Below, piece by piece: positions 29,241 through 38,224 of a DNA stretch of 64,000 nucleotides. The DNA comes from Spirochaetia bacterium. Lineage in GTDB: Bacteria; Spirochaetota; Spirochaetia; SZUA-6; Bin103. Location: assembly GCA_965203055.1 (NCBI GenBank), contig OZ241863.1, positions 3,200,001 through 3,264,000 of the forward strand. The letters are read 5' to 3'. The position numbers were made by a program, and so were the translations under genes. Numbering within the stretch: position 1 is the stretch's first letter; each line of letters begins with the position of its first letter. Under the pieces are notes generated by a model. That model saw nothing but the letters and a program-made list of their open reading frames with translations. It was not told the origin of the DNA and made no database searches.

Positions 29241-31337
29241 TCAGGAGGCTGCAAGATACTCCTGCAGGCGCTCGATTGCGGGGGCGAAGTCCTGGGGATC
29301 GGTCAGCGTGGAGCGAAACCGATCGCCGCGCCGCGCCAGGAGCGCCGGGGTGTTCGCAATGGTGAACATGCCGGGGTGCAGGTCGCCGTCCAGCTCGTCC
29401 CACTCCAGCGGCATCGACACGCGCGCGCCCGGGACCGGGCGCGCCACGTAGGGTGGCACCATGGTGGCGCTCTTGCGATTTTGCAGGAAGTCCACGTACA
29501 CCTTGCCGCCGCGCCCGCGCGGGTGCCGTTCCACGCTGGCGATGTCGGGATGCTCGCGCGCCACCATGCGCCCGACCGCCTCCATGAACAGGCGTACCTG
29601 GTGGTAGCCGTAACCGGGCACCAGCGGCAGATAGACGTGCAGCCCGGAGGCGCCGGAGGTCTTGACGGAGGGGTGCAGGCCGATGCCGCGCAACACCTTG
29701 CCGGCGGTGCGCGCCACCCGCTTGGCGTTGGCGAAGGAAGATTCCTTGGCGTCCAGGTCCAGTACCGCGAAGTCGGGGTGCTCCAGGCTGGCGCGGCGCG
29801 ACAGCCAGGGGTGCAGCTCGATGCTGCCCAGATTGATCAGGTAGAGCAGGGTCCGCACGTCGTTGCAGACGAGTTGGCGGTCGTGCCGCGCGTCGACCTC
29901 CACCAGTTCCACCCAGTCCGGCACCCCGGCCGGAGCCTGGCGCTGGAAGAACGACTTGCCCTCGATGCCGTTGGGGTAGCGGTGCAGGTGCACCGGCCGT
30001 TCGCGCAGGTAGGGGAGGAGAAACTCGGCCACCTGCTCGTAGAACTGCAGCAGGTCGCCCTTGGTGTAACCCTCGCGCGGCCAGAACACCTTGTCCAGGT
30101 TGCTGAACGCGACCGCGGCGTCGCGCGGCCGGCGCTGCCGGGCCTGCGCCAGGGCGGTGCTGACGTCGACCCGGCGCGCCGCCGCGGCCGCCTGCAGCGC
30201 CACCCTGCGCCACGCCGGCCGGGCGCCCGACCGATAGCGGCTGTCGGCCCGCTTGGCGACCAGCGCGTGGAAGCCGGCGGCCTCGGCGACCGCGGCCAGA
30301 CGCTCGCCGCTCGCCGCGACGTGATCGGCGTACAGCAGGCCGGGCGACGGCGGCAGCAGCGAGCGCAGCAGGTGCTTGCGTTCCAGCAGCGGCAGGCCGC
30401 GCAGGTCCCATTCATCGTAGTGCAGCAGGTCGAATGCGTAGTAGACGACGGCTCCCTGGGTCTCCCCGCTGCCGGCCCAGGCGTCGATGGCGCCCCGCGC
30501 AGGGCGGCCGCTCCGGTCCAGCGCCACCCACACCCCGTCCAGCAGCGCCTGTTCGGCGCGGACGCCGGCGAAGCGCGCCTGCGCCGCCGCCGCGGCGCGC
30601 GGATGCAGGGGCAGCCGCCCCCCGCCCGGCGCCGCGAACGCCGCCGCGCCGCCGTTGATCATGGCCAGGGCGCGGAGCCCCTCGAACTCCAGCTCGAAGA
30701 TCCAGTCGGCGCCGGAGAACTGCTCATGGTCGGCGCCCGCGGCCATGGCTCGCGGGCGCTTGGGAAGGGGCGCCGTGCGTACCCGCGCCGGGTCCACCGC
30801 CGGTACCGGGTCGCCGGCGCCGCGGGCGTAGCGGTCGCGCGCCTTGAACAGCAGCCAATCATCCTTGTCGGGGTTGGTCCGCACCAGGTGCCACTCGCCG
30901 CGCAGCCGGCGGCCGCGCAGCATCACCTTCACTTCGCCGGCGGCGAGCGCCTCCGCCAGGCCGGCGGCCTTCACGATCTCGTAGGAACCGGAGTCCCAGA
31001 TCAGCATGGTGCCGGCGCCGTATTCACCCTTCGGAATCACGCCTTCGAAGGTGCGGTAGCGCAGCGGATGATCCTCGGTGCGCACCGCCAGATGCTTCTC
31101 CGCCGGGTCATAGGAGAAACCGCGCGGGACGGCCCAGGATACCAGTACCCCGCCGGCCGCGAGGCGCAGATCGTAGTGCACGCGGCGCGCCTCGTGGCGA
31201 TGGATCACGAAGCTGCCCTCAGCGGCCGGCGGAGCTTCCCCGGATGCCCCCGCCGGGTCGTCGAACGCGGGTTCCGGAGTGCGGTGAAAGTTGCGCTTGG
31301 CCTGATATTCCGCGGCGGACTTCGAGCTGCGCGCCAT
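29241..31337 (-). CDS. ligD: LigD-type protein: 3'-phosphoesterase - degenerate ligase - primase/polymerase
   Basis: PE: Y..KR.F..TPEP, H.ARR.HYDLRL, TEDHP; POL: YTK.DL..Y, RYPNG, DLD, KTSG..GLH, VDFLQN; ligase motif I reads ELEFEG. Confidence 0.9.
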   Translation of the reverse strand: MARSSKSAAEYQAKRNFHRTPEPAFDDPAGASGEAPPAAEGSFVIHRHEARRVHYDLRLAAGGVLVSWAVPRGFSYDPAEKHLAVRTEDHPLRYRTFEGVIPKGEYGAGTMLIWDSGSYEIVKAAGLAEALAAGEVKVMLRGRRLRGEWHLVRTNPDKDDWLLFKARDRYARGAGDPVPAVDPARVRTAPLPKRPRAMAAGADHEQFSGADWIFELEFEGLRALAMINGGAAAFAAPGGGRLPLHPRAAAAAQARFAGVRAEQALLDGVWVALDRSGRPARGAIDAWAGSGETQGAVVYYAFDLLHYDEWDLRGLPLLERKHLLRSLLPPSPGLLYADHVAASGERLAAVAEAAGFHALVAKRADSRYRSGARPAWRRVALQAAAAARRVDVSTALAQARQRRPRDAAVAFSNLDKVFWPREGYTKGDLLQFYEQVAEFLLPYLRERPVHLHRYPNGIEGKSFFQRQAPAGVPDWVELVEVDARHDRQLVCNDVRTLLYLINLGSIELHPWLSRRASLEHPDFAVLDLDAKESSFANAKRVARTAGKVLRGIGLHPSVKTSGASGLHVYLPLVPGYGYHQVRLFMEAVGRMVAREHPDIASVERHPRGRGGKVYVDFLQNRKSATMVPPYVARPVPGARVSMPLEWDELDGDLHPGMFTIANTPALLARRGDRFRSTLTDPQDFAPAIERLQEYLAAS

Positions 31338-31374
31338 GGCTGGGTACGCGACTAGCGCCGGGCGGGCGCGGCCA

Positions 31375-32661
31375 TCAGGAGGGCAGCGCTCCAGGCGGCC
31401 GGCGCGCCGGCTGACCGGCCGCGCCCAGCGCCGCTCCGGCGCCCGCGGCAGCGAGGCCGAGCCGGTTGCTGATGAATGCCAGCAGCATCCGGTAGTACTG
31501 CAGCATGGAGGCGATGTCGATCCACTCGTCCGGGCGGTGGACGTTGCCCACCAGCGGCCGGCTGATGATGACCGGGATGCCGCGTTGCGACAGGAACCGC
31601 GCGTCGCTGGTGCCGGCGGTGCGCACTACCCACATGGGCCGTCCCAGCACCCGTTCGCCGATCGCCATGAACTCCGGGTTGGGAGTCATCTCGGTAGGTT
31701 CGTCGCCGACGCGCGGGGTGACCCGGGTACTCCCGCTCAGGCAGGCGCGTACTTCCGCCAGCATGCCGGCCACCGTCCAGGGGGGAGTGAAGCGCACGTC
31801 AATGCCGGCGCGCGCATAGGCGGGAATGCGGTTCAGGGTGTGGCTCTCCGACTCCAGAGTGGTGACGGTGGCGGTAGGATGCCAGTGTTCGCCGGCCGCC
31901 GCCGCGGCCGGCGCCTCGGAATCGCCGCCGGCACGGCCGCTCCCGGCCTGCGCCTCTGCGGCCAGCGCTGCGAACCGCTCCTGCAGGCGCGTCAGATCGC
32001 CGAGCATCGCGGTCACCGGGTTGCGCCCCTCCCAGGGATAGGCGGCGTGGGTGGAGACGCCGCGCCATTCCGCGTCGAGATGCAGGATGCCCTTCTCCGC
32101 CACCACTACCGCGTCGATCGAGCCCCCGTCCGGCAGCAGCGCCACCCCGCACGTCAAGCCCTGCTCGGCGAGATGGCCGGCGCCGTTGCGCCCGCCGTGC
32201 TCTTCGTCGCCGGTGACCGCCAAGCCGAGCGAAATGCCGGGGTGGCGGTGATGCAGCTCGGTGAACAGGGTCACGAGAACGGCCAGCGCGCCCTTCATGT
32301 CGCCGGCGCCCGGCCCGTAGATGCGGCCGTCGCGCACCTGCGAGCGATAGAGCCCGGAGGGACCGTGGTCGACCACGTCGACGTGCGCCAGCAGCAGCAC
32401 CTCCGGCCGCACTACCGCGGCGGGCCGCACCACCAGGGAGGGGACGCCGGCGCAGCGGTGCTCCTCCAGGCGCAGGCCGGCGACGGTGTCGAGCTGGATG
32501 CGCAGCAGGTCGAGGCCGCGTTCGATCTCGGCGGGATGGGCCGCTGCGCTGGGGATCAGGATCAGGTCGCGGGTGAGCGATACCAGGCGGTCGCGCAGCG
32601 CGGCGTCAGCGTACCCGGCGCCCGTATACCCGGCGTCCGGGTACTCCTCAGTCCCGGTCAT
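31375..32661 (-). CDS. M20 family metallopeptidase/amidohydrolase (ArgE/DapE-like)
   Basis: AHVDVV, GPGAGDMKG, DEEHGG, EKG, H.AYPW.G.N, GTSDARF, H..DEWI. Confidence 0.9.
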   Translation of the reverse strand: MTGTEEYPDAGYTGAGYADAALRDRLVSLTRDLILIPSAAAHPAEIERGLDLLRIQLDTVAGLRLEEHRCAGVPSLVVRPAAVVRPEVLLLAHVDVVDHGPSGLYRSQVRDGRIYGPGAGDMKGALAVLVTLFTELHHRHPGISLGLAVTGDEEHGGRNGAGHLAEQGLTCGVALLPDGGSIDAVVVAEKGILHLDAEWRGVSTHAAYPWEGRNPVTAMLGDLTRLQERFAALAAEAQAGSGRAGGDSEAPAAAAAGEHWHPTATVTTLESESHTLNRIPAYARAGIDVRFTPPWTVAGMLAEVRACLSGSTRVTPRVGDEPTEMTPNPEFMAIGERVLGRPMWVVRTAGTSDARFLSQRGIPVIISRPLVGNVHRPDEWIDIASMLQYYRMLLAFISNRLGLAAAGAGAALGAAGQPARRPPGALPS

Positions 32662-34009
32662 AGCGCCACTTCAGGTGAAAGGCCCGCTCCACCAGAGCGC
32701 ACGTGCGCTGCACGGCGGCGGCGTCCCGAGCCAGACACAGCAACTGACTCTTGGCGACCTGGCGGTTGCCGTCGAGGTTGAAGTTGATCGGCAACACCCC
32801 GGCGTCGGCGCCGGGGTGGAACAGACACCGCTCCCGTTCCAGGGCGGCGAGCACCGCCGGCGCCGGCAGCGGCGGATGGAAGCGCAGATTGCGCATCAGC
32901 CACGCCCCGCCGGGAATGAAGTGGCGCGCCAGAATCGAGGGGTAGGAAGCGCCGGTCACGCGCGCGTTGATCTCGGCGGCGATGGCCTGCAGTTGGCCGT
33001 CGCGGCGCGCCAGCACGAAGTCTACCGACGCGGTGCCGCGGTAGCCTTGGGAATGCAGCCAGAGCGCGGCCCGGGAGGCCACGGCCAGAAGCTGGTCGAC
33101 GGCGCCCGGTTGCGCGGCGGCGTACGGGGGCGGCGCGACGTTGCCTTCGTGCACGCTGTGAGCGCCGAGGATCTGTTCGGTCACGTCATACAGGCTCACC
33201 TCGTGATCGGCCAGGAAGAGCTGCACGCTCGGCGACCCGATCAGCTCGACGCCGCCGGCGCCGTCTTCGAGCCAGCCCTGCACCAGGCAGGGGCCTTCGT
33301 GAAACAGGTATGTCGGGATGCGCGCGGCATCGATGCCGGCTGCCGGCAGACACAGCATGCCGATCCCGGAGCCTCCGATCTGCGCCTTGAGGGCGACCTT
33401 GGCGTAGCCCATCGCCTGCAGTTGCCGGCAGCAGGCCGCGGCATGCCGGGCCGACTCGGCGGTCACGGTATCGAAGGTGGGCAGACCTTCCTGGGCCAGG
33501 AACTGGTGCAGCAGCAGCTTGTTGTTGCCGTTGTGGCTGCCGGCGTGGCTGCTCAGGGTCCGCTTGCCGGCGCGCTGCGCCAGCTCCGCGAGCGGATGAT
33601 CGGTCACGAAGCCGTCGATCCACGGCGCCGGATGGGCGCGCAGCCGCTCGACCAGGGCGGCGCGGCCGCCGGCGGGGGCGCGCCCCTGGTAGGTGGCCGG
33701 CGTGGTCAGGAGCACCTCCGGCAGACTGAGGCCGAGCCCCTCATGGTAGCCGCGCAGCTCGCCGGCCGGCTCCGATTCCAGTACCAGCAGGTTCCCGCCG
33801 CCGGTGAACAGCAGGTCGATCAACGGCAGCAGCCGCCCGCCGTAGGAGTCGATCCCCTTGATCTGCTCGGTGAGAATCTCGGTCTGCCGCCGGTTGCCGT
33901 AGAACAGCGACAGCACGTTGGCCACGAAGACCGCGCTGCGGTCCCAGAAGCGCGGCAGATGAGCAGGGCGCGCCCGCACCGCCGGCGGGCGCTCGGTGAC
34001 GTTCGTCAT
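32648..34009 (-). CDS. ATP-grasp-like (pre-ATP-grasp) putative peptide ligase
   Basis: NNKL.LH, K...GGSG.G, LVQ.W, SPSVQ, H.GN, GY.G..SVDF, EINARVTG; overlaps M20 gene. Confidence 0.7.
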   Translation of the reverse strand: MTNVTERPPAVRARPAHLPRFWDRSAVFVANVLSLFYGNRRQTEILTEQIKGIDSYGGRLLPLIDLLFTGGGNLLVLESEPAGELRGYHEGLGLSLPEVLLTTPATYQGRAPAGGRAALVERLRAHPAPWIDGFVTDHPLAELAQRAGKRTLSSHAGSHNGNNKLLLHQFLAQEGLPTFDTVTAESARHAAACCRQLQAMGYAKVALKAQIGGSGIGMLCLPAAGIDAARIPTYLFHEGPCLVQGWLEDGAGGVELIGSPSVQLFLADHEVSLYDVTEQILGAHSVHEGNVAPPPYAAAQPGAVDQLLAVASRAALWLHSQGYRGTASVDFVLARRDGQLQAIAAEINARVTGASYPSILARHFIPGGAWLMRNLRFHPPLPAPAVLAALERERCLFHPGADAGVLPINFNLDGNRQVAKSQLLCLARDAAAVQRTCALVERAFHLKWRYDRD

Positions 34010-34026
34010 ATGATCCAGCGTCCGGT

Positions 34027-34055
34027 ATGGTAGATGGCGCGCCGCCGGTTGGCAA
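34027..34055 (-). promoter_or_regulatory. Sigma70-type promoter of ATP-grasp/M20 operon
   Basis: Minus strand TTGCCA-17 bp-TACCAT, 17 nt before ATG. Confidence 0.55.
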
Positions 34056-34073
34056 CGGCAGCCGGCGTGCCAT

Positions 34074-36203
34074 CAGGAAAATCCCATGCTACAGAGGCTG
34101 GTGGGAGCCGCGCCGACGCGGAGGCCGGAGTGGCCAGCGACAATCAAGATGAGAACCGAGCGGCTGCCTCCGGCGGAGGGGAATGGGACAGCGGGTGGCG
34201 CACCTGAGGGCTTGGTCCCGACCGTAGTCGCGCAGTTGGCCCCGGACGGCGACCGGATGGGAGCGCGGGGCGGGCCGGGAGTGGTTCGAGGAGTGGGGGC
34301 GGAGCGCTTGAAGCGGGGCTGCGCCAGCCTCAGCCGGGCGCCATGAGGGCCTTGATGGCTACCTTCGGGCGCCCGGTAAAGTAGCGTAGTGCCGACGCCA
34401 CGTTGGTCCACCGGCGGTAGCGCAGGATCAGTGCCAGCACCAGGTTGTTGCACACCGCGCGGTTGGCAGGCGCCGCGTGGCGCCGCGCCAGGCAGGCGTC
34501 CTCAGCCAAGGTGCGGTCGCGGCGATGGTGGTTCTTCGACTCGATCGCCCAGTGGCCGCGGTTCCAGGCCAGCAGTTGCTCCGCAGAGGCTTCGGAGGCC
34601 GGCACCGAAGTGATGCCGTAGGCGTAGGTAACGGTCTTCTCGCCGCTCTTGAGCACGTGGCGGTCGCGGCGCACCCGGAACACCTGCGCGACGTGCGGGT
34701 AGTTGAGGGTGTTGGGCGGCAAGGTCATAACTTCGATGTGGCGCCGTTCGATGCGGCCATGGGCCTTCTCGGACGCTGTGGAGAAGCGCGCGGTAGCGTG
34801 TTCCCAGGGGATGCTGACGAGTGCCTCGTAGGTCTCGGAGGAGTTCTGCTTGACGGTCATCTGATAGTGGGCCTGGTGCTGTTCGACGATCTTGGTGGCG
34901 GTGTCGCGGGTGGTGTGGAGGGCATCGAGGGTGATCACCGCGCCGCCGATCGAGACGGTCTCCAGCAGGGCGCCGACGGCGGCCAACTCGCCATTCTCGT
35001 CGTGGAAGTTGAGACTGGCGAGCGGCACGCCGGTGCCGTGCTCGACCAGGGTGGCGGTCTCGTAGCGTAGCGAGCCGTGGCGATTGGCGCCGCGAATGCG
35101 CTTGCCGTCGGCCGCGATGGCGCGGCGTTGGCGCGGAGCTGGCGGTGGCAGGCGGGACTCGGAATAGCGCTGCAGGATGGCTTCGAGGTGCTCGGTATCG
35201 GCGTGCATGAGCACCCGGTGGATGGTGGACTTGGGGGGCGGATGGTAGCGCCCGGTGCGCCGATTGCGCCACGCGCCAATATCTTTGAGGTCCTTCTGCG
35301 TGAGCCTCTGAGCATACTCCGCCGCCGCGACCGGGCCGCGAAAGTTGCCCAGCGCAGCCAGCAGGTAGACTGTCAGCACGGTCGCAATGGAGTGCTTGCG
35401 CCCCTGGCCGCGGCGGTAGTCGGGGAGGTCTTCGAGTTCGGCGTACAGACTGCGCTTATCGACTGCGGCGTTATCGTCTGGGTGTTCGGGCCGTGCCCGC
35501 CAGCAGTCTGGCAGCTTGCCGGGCTGGCTGAGGATACGCCGGGCATCGCGCCGCAAGGGGCGCACGAAGAGACGCTTCGGGTGGCCGTGAGGGTCGGTGT
35601 AGTGGCCGTTGCTGCGCGCGTAGCCCTTGCTGTCGCCGACGTAGGTCCAGTTGCCGGCCTGATACAGGGTGCCGGAGAAGCGCTGCGGATCGACGAAGCT
35701 CTCCGCAACCAGCAGCGGATGGCCGTAGTGGTGCTGCCAATCGGAACTGAGTTGGCGCAGCATCGCGGCCATCATCCTGGAGGCGAGATTGGGAAACACG
35801 CCGCGCTGGCCCAGGACGACGAAGCGGGTGTTGTTGGCCACCAGATGGAGGCGGCGGAACATTTCGGGGCGGCGCCAGCCGATCCAGCGATCGCGGGGTG
35901 CGCACTTGAGGGCGGCGCCCTGCCAGCCGGCGAGCGCGAGCCAGCGACCGCGCCAGACGGCGAGATAGCGCAGGCCGCGGCCGGCGAAGCGGGTGAAGCC
36001 GAGATAGTGATGGTGGTTCATCAGCGCGTCCCACTGGACGCGTTCGTGGGGGTGTGCGAGGCGCACCTCCACTTCGTCGAGCGCAAACCCTGGGGGCGTG
36101 GCCTGGGGCAGGGGTTCGTCGAGCACCTTCCGAGAGTCCATGGCCTAAGCCTATCAACTCAGTTCTCGGCAGTCCAGTCCCTCCTTAGCATGGGATCGCC
36201 TTG
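34074..36203 (-). mobile_element. ISAs1-family insertion sequence, about 2130 bp, with imperfect terminal IRs and target duplication
   Basis: IRs CAGGAAAATCCCATGCTACAGAGG / CAAGGCGATCCCATGCTAAGGAGG (18/24); GCGTGCCAT duplicated at 34065-34073 and 36204-36212. Confidence 0.88.
34330..36141 (-). CDS. ISAs1 transposase with N-terminal DUF4338 domain
   Basis: N: HHYLG, RD.WIGW, NNTRF, NLAS, ESFVD, GT.Y.A.NW; C: D.R...G..H, IA.DGK, ITLDALH, VK.N, HGRIE.R, R.HW.IE..H..RD..L.ED. Confidence 0.92.
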   Translation of the reverse strand: MDSRKVLDEPLPQATPPGFALDEVEVRLAHPHERVQWDALMNHHHYLGFTRFAGRGLRYLAVWRGRWLALAGWQGAALKCAPRDRWIGWRRPEMFRRLHLVANNTRFVVLGQRGVFPNLASRMMAAMLRQLSSDWQHHYGHPLLVAESFVDPQRFSGTLYQAGNWTYVGDSKGYARSNGHYTDPHGHPKRLFVRPLRRDARRILSQPGKLPDCWRARPEHPDDNAAVDKRSLYAELEDLPDYRRGQGRKHSIATVLTVYLLAALGNFRGPVAAAEYAQRLTQKDLKDIGAWRNRRTGRYHPPPKSTIHRVLMHADTEHLEAILQRYSESRLPPPAPRQRRAIAADGKRIRGANRHGSLRYETATLVEHGTGVPLASLNFHDENGELAAVGALLETVSIGGAVITLDALHTTRDTATKIVEQHQAHYQMTVKQNSSETYEALVSIPWEHATARFSTASEKAHGRIERRHIEVMTLPPNTLNYPHVAQVFRVRRDRHVLKSGEKTVTYAYGITSVPASEASAEQLLAWNRGHWAIESKNHHRRDRTLAEDACLARRHAAPANRAVCNNLVLALILRYRRWTNVASALRYFTGRPKVAIKALMAPG

Positions 36204-36240
36204 GCGTGCCATCCGAAGCCGGCGTCAACCGCCGAGGGGC

Positions 36241-36283
36241 TTGACATCCCACCAGGCAACAGTTACCCTTTCAGAGAAAGGGT
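36241..36283 (+). promoter_or_regulatory. higBA promoter with overlapping operator palindrome
   Basis: TTGACA-17 bp-TACCCT; ACCCTTTC-aga-GAAAGGGT inverted repeat at 36265-36283. Confidence 0.7.
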
Positions 36284-36288
36284 GATGG

Positions 36289-36585
36289 GTGGAAGTCTTC
36301 TTCCAGTCGAACAGGCTCTTAGGATGCTACCAGGACTCGTCGAGAGCGTATCGTGAGTGGGGCGCCATCGTTGGTCGGCGGTACATTCGCATGGTGAATG
36401 AATTGATTGCTCTGCCTGCGTTTCACGACCTGTTCGCAGTCGTGCGGATACGTGCGCACCAGTACAAGAGTCGTCCCGGCTCGTACGCGTTGAACATGAC
36501 AGGACGTTGGCGAATGATAGTTCGGCAAGGGGTTAGCCCTGACGAGGTGCTCGTGGAGGAGGTGAGCAACCACTATGATGACTAA
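36289..36585 (+). CDS. higB: HigB-like (RelE/ParE superfamily) toxin
   Basis: MEV.F...L, H......G.YA..M.G.WR.I, VEEV..YDD; upstream of HTH antitoxin. Confidence 0.75.
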   Translation: MEVFFQSNRLLGCYQDSSRAYREWGAIVGRRYIRMVNELIALPAFHDLFAVVRIRAHQYKSRPGSYALNMTGRWRMIVRQGVSPDEVLVEEVSNHYDD

Positions 36586-37672
36586 GGGCAAGGCCCGCGG
36601 CGACGTGTATTCGGACTTGGCCATCCCCCCAGGTGAGACGCTGTCCGACGAGATCGCCTCGCGCGGCATGAGCCAGACGGAGCTGGCGGCGCGTCTGGGA
36701 CGCCCGGTTCAGGTGGTAAACGAGATCGTGCATGGGAAGAAGGCGATCACCGACCACACTGCGATCGGCCTGGAGAAGGTTCTCGGCATACCGGCGGCGT
36801 TCTGGGTGAACTTGGAGCAGAACTACCGGATGACCAAAGCCAGGCTTCGCGAACGAGCCCACCTGCAGGCCGAGGAGGAGTGGCTCCAGGAACTGCCCGT
36901 CGGCGAAATGCAGAAGCGCGGCTGGATAGCCGTCCGACGGGATGTGCAGGGTAAGGTACGTGAATTGCTTCAGTTCTTCGGAGTGGCGAATGTCTCTGCC
37001 TATCGAAAGACGACCGAGGTGCTCGGGTTTCGTATCTCCGACAAGGCCAGGGTCTCGCCCGGCGCCTTGGCTGCTTGGCTGCGCAAGGGAGAGCTGGAGG
37101 CACAGACGATAGAGACCCGTGCATTCGACCAGAACCTGCTACTGGCAGCGGCTCGTCAGGCGCGCACGATGACCGAATGTCAGCCACAGGAGTTCGCCCC
37201 GCAGTTGAAACAACTATTTGCCAACGCCGGGGTCGCGTTTGTCGTGATTCCTGAACTGCCCAAAACCGGCGCTAACGGTGTTGCTCGTTGGCTCACGGAT
37301 CGAAAGGCGCTGATACAGTTGAATCTACGCTACAAATGGCAGGATATTTTTTGGTTCACGTTGTTCCATGAAATCTGCCATGTCCTCAAACACCGCGATC
37401 AGAAGATCATCATTGATGAGACCAATGAGAACGATAAGAATGGGCCGCTTGAAGACGAGGCGAATCAATGGGCCGCCGACTTCCTGGTACCGCCAAGTGA
37501 TTGGTTGGAGTTTCGAAGTGGGCGTCGGTTCGAGAAAAGTGGTATTATTGCATTTGCTCAGCGGATGGGAATATCGCCCGGCATCGTCGTGGGACGTATG
37601 CAGCGCGAGCATCTCTTGAAGTATTCTGAAATGACAGAACTAAAAGGCCGCTTTGGATGGACAAATGACTAG
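36575..37672 (+). CDS. higA: HigA antitoxin (XRE HTH) fused to ImmA/IrrE metallopeptidase
   Basis: PPGE.L, MSQ.ELA.RLG, I..GK..IT, FW.NL..NY; FWFTLFHEICH (HExxH), E.EAN..A..L. Confidence 0.88.
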   Translation: MMTKGKARGDVYSDLAIPPGETLSDEIASRGMSQTELAARLGRPVQVVNEIVHGKKAITDHTAIGLEKVLGIPAAFWVNLEQNYRMTKARLRERAHLQAEEEWLQELPVGEMQKRGWIAVRRDVQGKVRELLQFFGVANVSAYRKTTEVLGFRISDKARVSPGALAAWLRKGELEAQTIETRAFDQNLLLAAARQARTMTECQPQEFAPQLKQLFANAGVAFVVIPELPKTGANGVARWLTDRKALIQLNLRYKWQDIFWFTLFHEICHVLKHRDQKIIIDETNENDKNGPLEDEANQWAADFLVPPSDWLEFRSGRRFEKSGIIAFAQRMGISPGIVVGRMQREHLLKYSEMTELKGRFGWTND

Positions 37673-37728
37673 TTCGTTTCCAGAATTGGCAAGGAATACC
37701 TATTGGCAGACCGAAAGGAGTTGGACGA

Positions 37729-38115
37729 ATGAAGACGAGGATCGGAGCGGGCTTGATGGTCATTGCCTCCTATTTGGCGACGTTGGGCTGCGCCACGATA
37801 CTGAACGACAAGAACCCGCCACTTACTGTGACATCGAACCCCGATGGCGCTGAGGTACACGTTGATGGCTACTATGCAGGGAGAACCCCGCTGACAACCA
37901 ATGTGTCCATCAGACAGGAACATACCGTCACGGTAAGGAAAGAGGGATACCGGGATAACACGAAGATAGTCGGTTACTATACTGGTGCACTCTGGATAGT
38001 CCTGGATATTTTAACAGGACTAATTCCCCTCATAGTAGACGCCGTAACCGGAGACTGGCAGGAGCTTGACCACGAATCTGTCCACTTAGAGCTTGCGCCG
38101 GAGCCGTCCGAATGA
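37729..38115 (+). CDS. PEGA-domain lipoprotein
   Basis: Lipobox LGC-ATI; V.SNP.GA.V.VDG...G.TP...H.V...KEGY; IVDAVTG.W. Confidence 0.8.
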   Translation: MKTRIGAGLMVIASYLATLGCATILNDKNPPLTVTSNPDGAEVHVDGYYAGRTPLTTNVSIRQEHTVTVRKEGYRDNTKIVGYYTGALWIVLDILTGLIPLIVDAVTGDWQELDHESVHLELAPEPSE

Positions 38116-38224
38116 GACACCGCGAACGTTCCCGCTTGCAGGCCGAGGAGCGACCGCTCGACGTGCTGTCCGCCAGCAACGACATCAACCGCTCCGTGCG
38201 ATTGCGGTCAGGCCCGCCGGAAGA

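Noticed and set aside
29190..31355. 721-aa + strand ORF (also 4080-6284, 44540-46624, 2441-4126 and similar)
   Set aside because: Antisense mirrors of well-supported genes
32610..32645. Short repeat/palindrome TACCCGGCGCCCGTATACCCGGCGTCCGGGTA
   Set aside because: Lies in the low-complexity N-terminus of the M20 gene; no evidence of function
35560..36141. Druantia defence system suggested by DUF4338
   Set aside because: Domain is fused to a transposase inside IS ends; no other Dru genes
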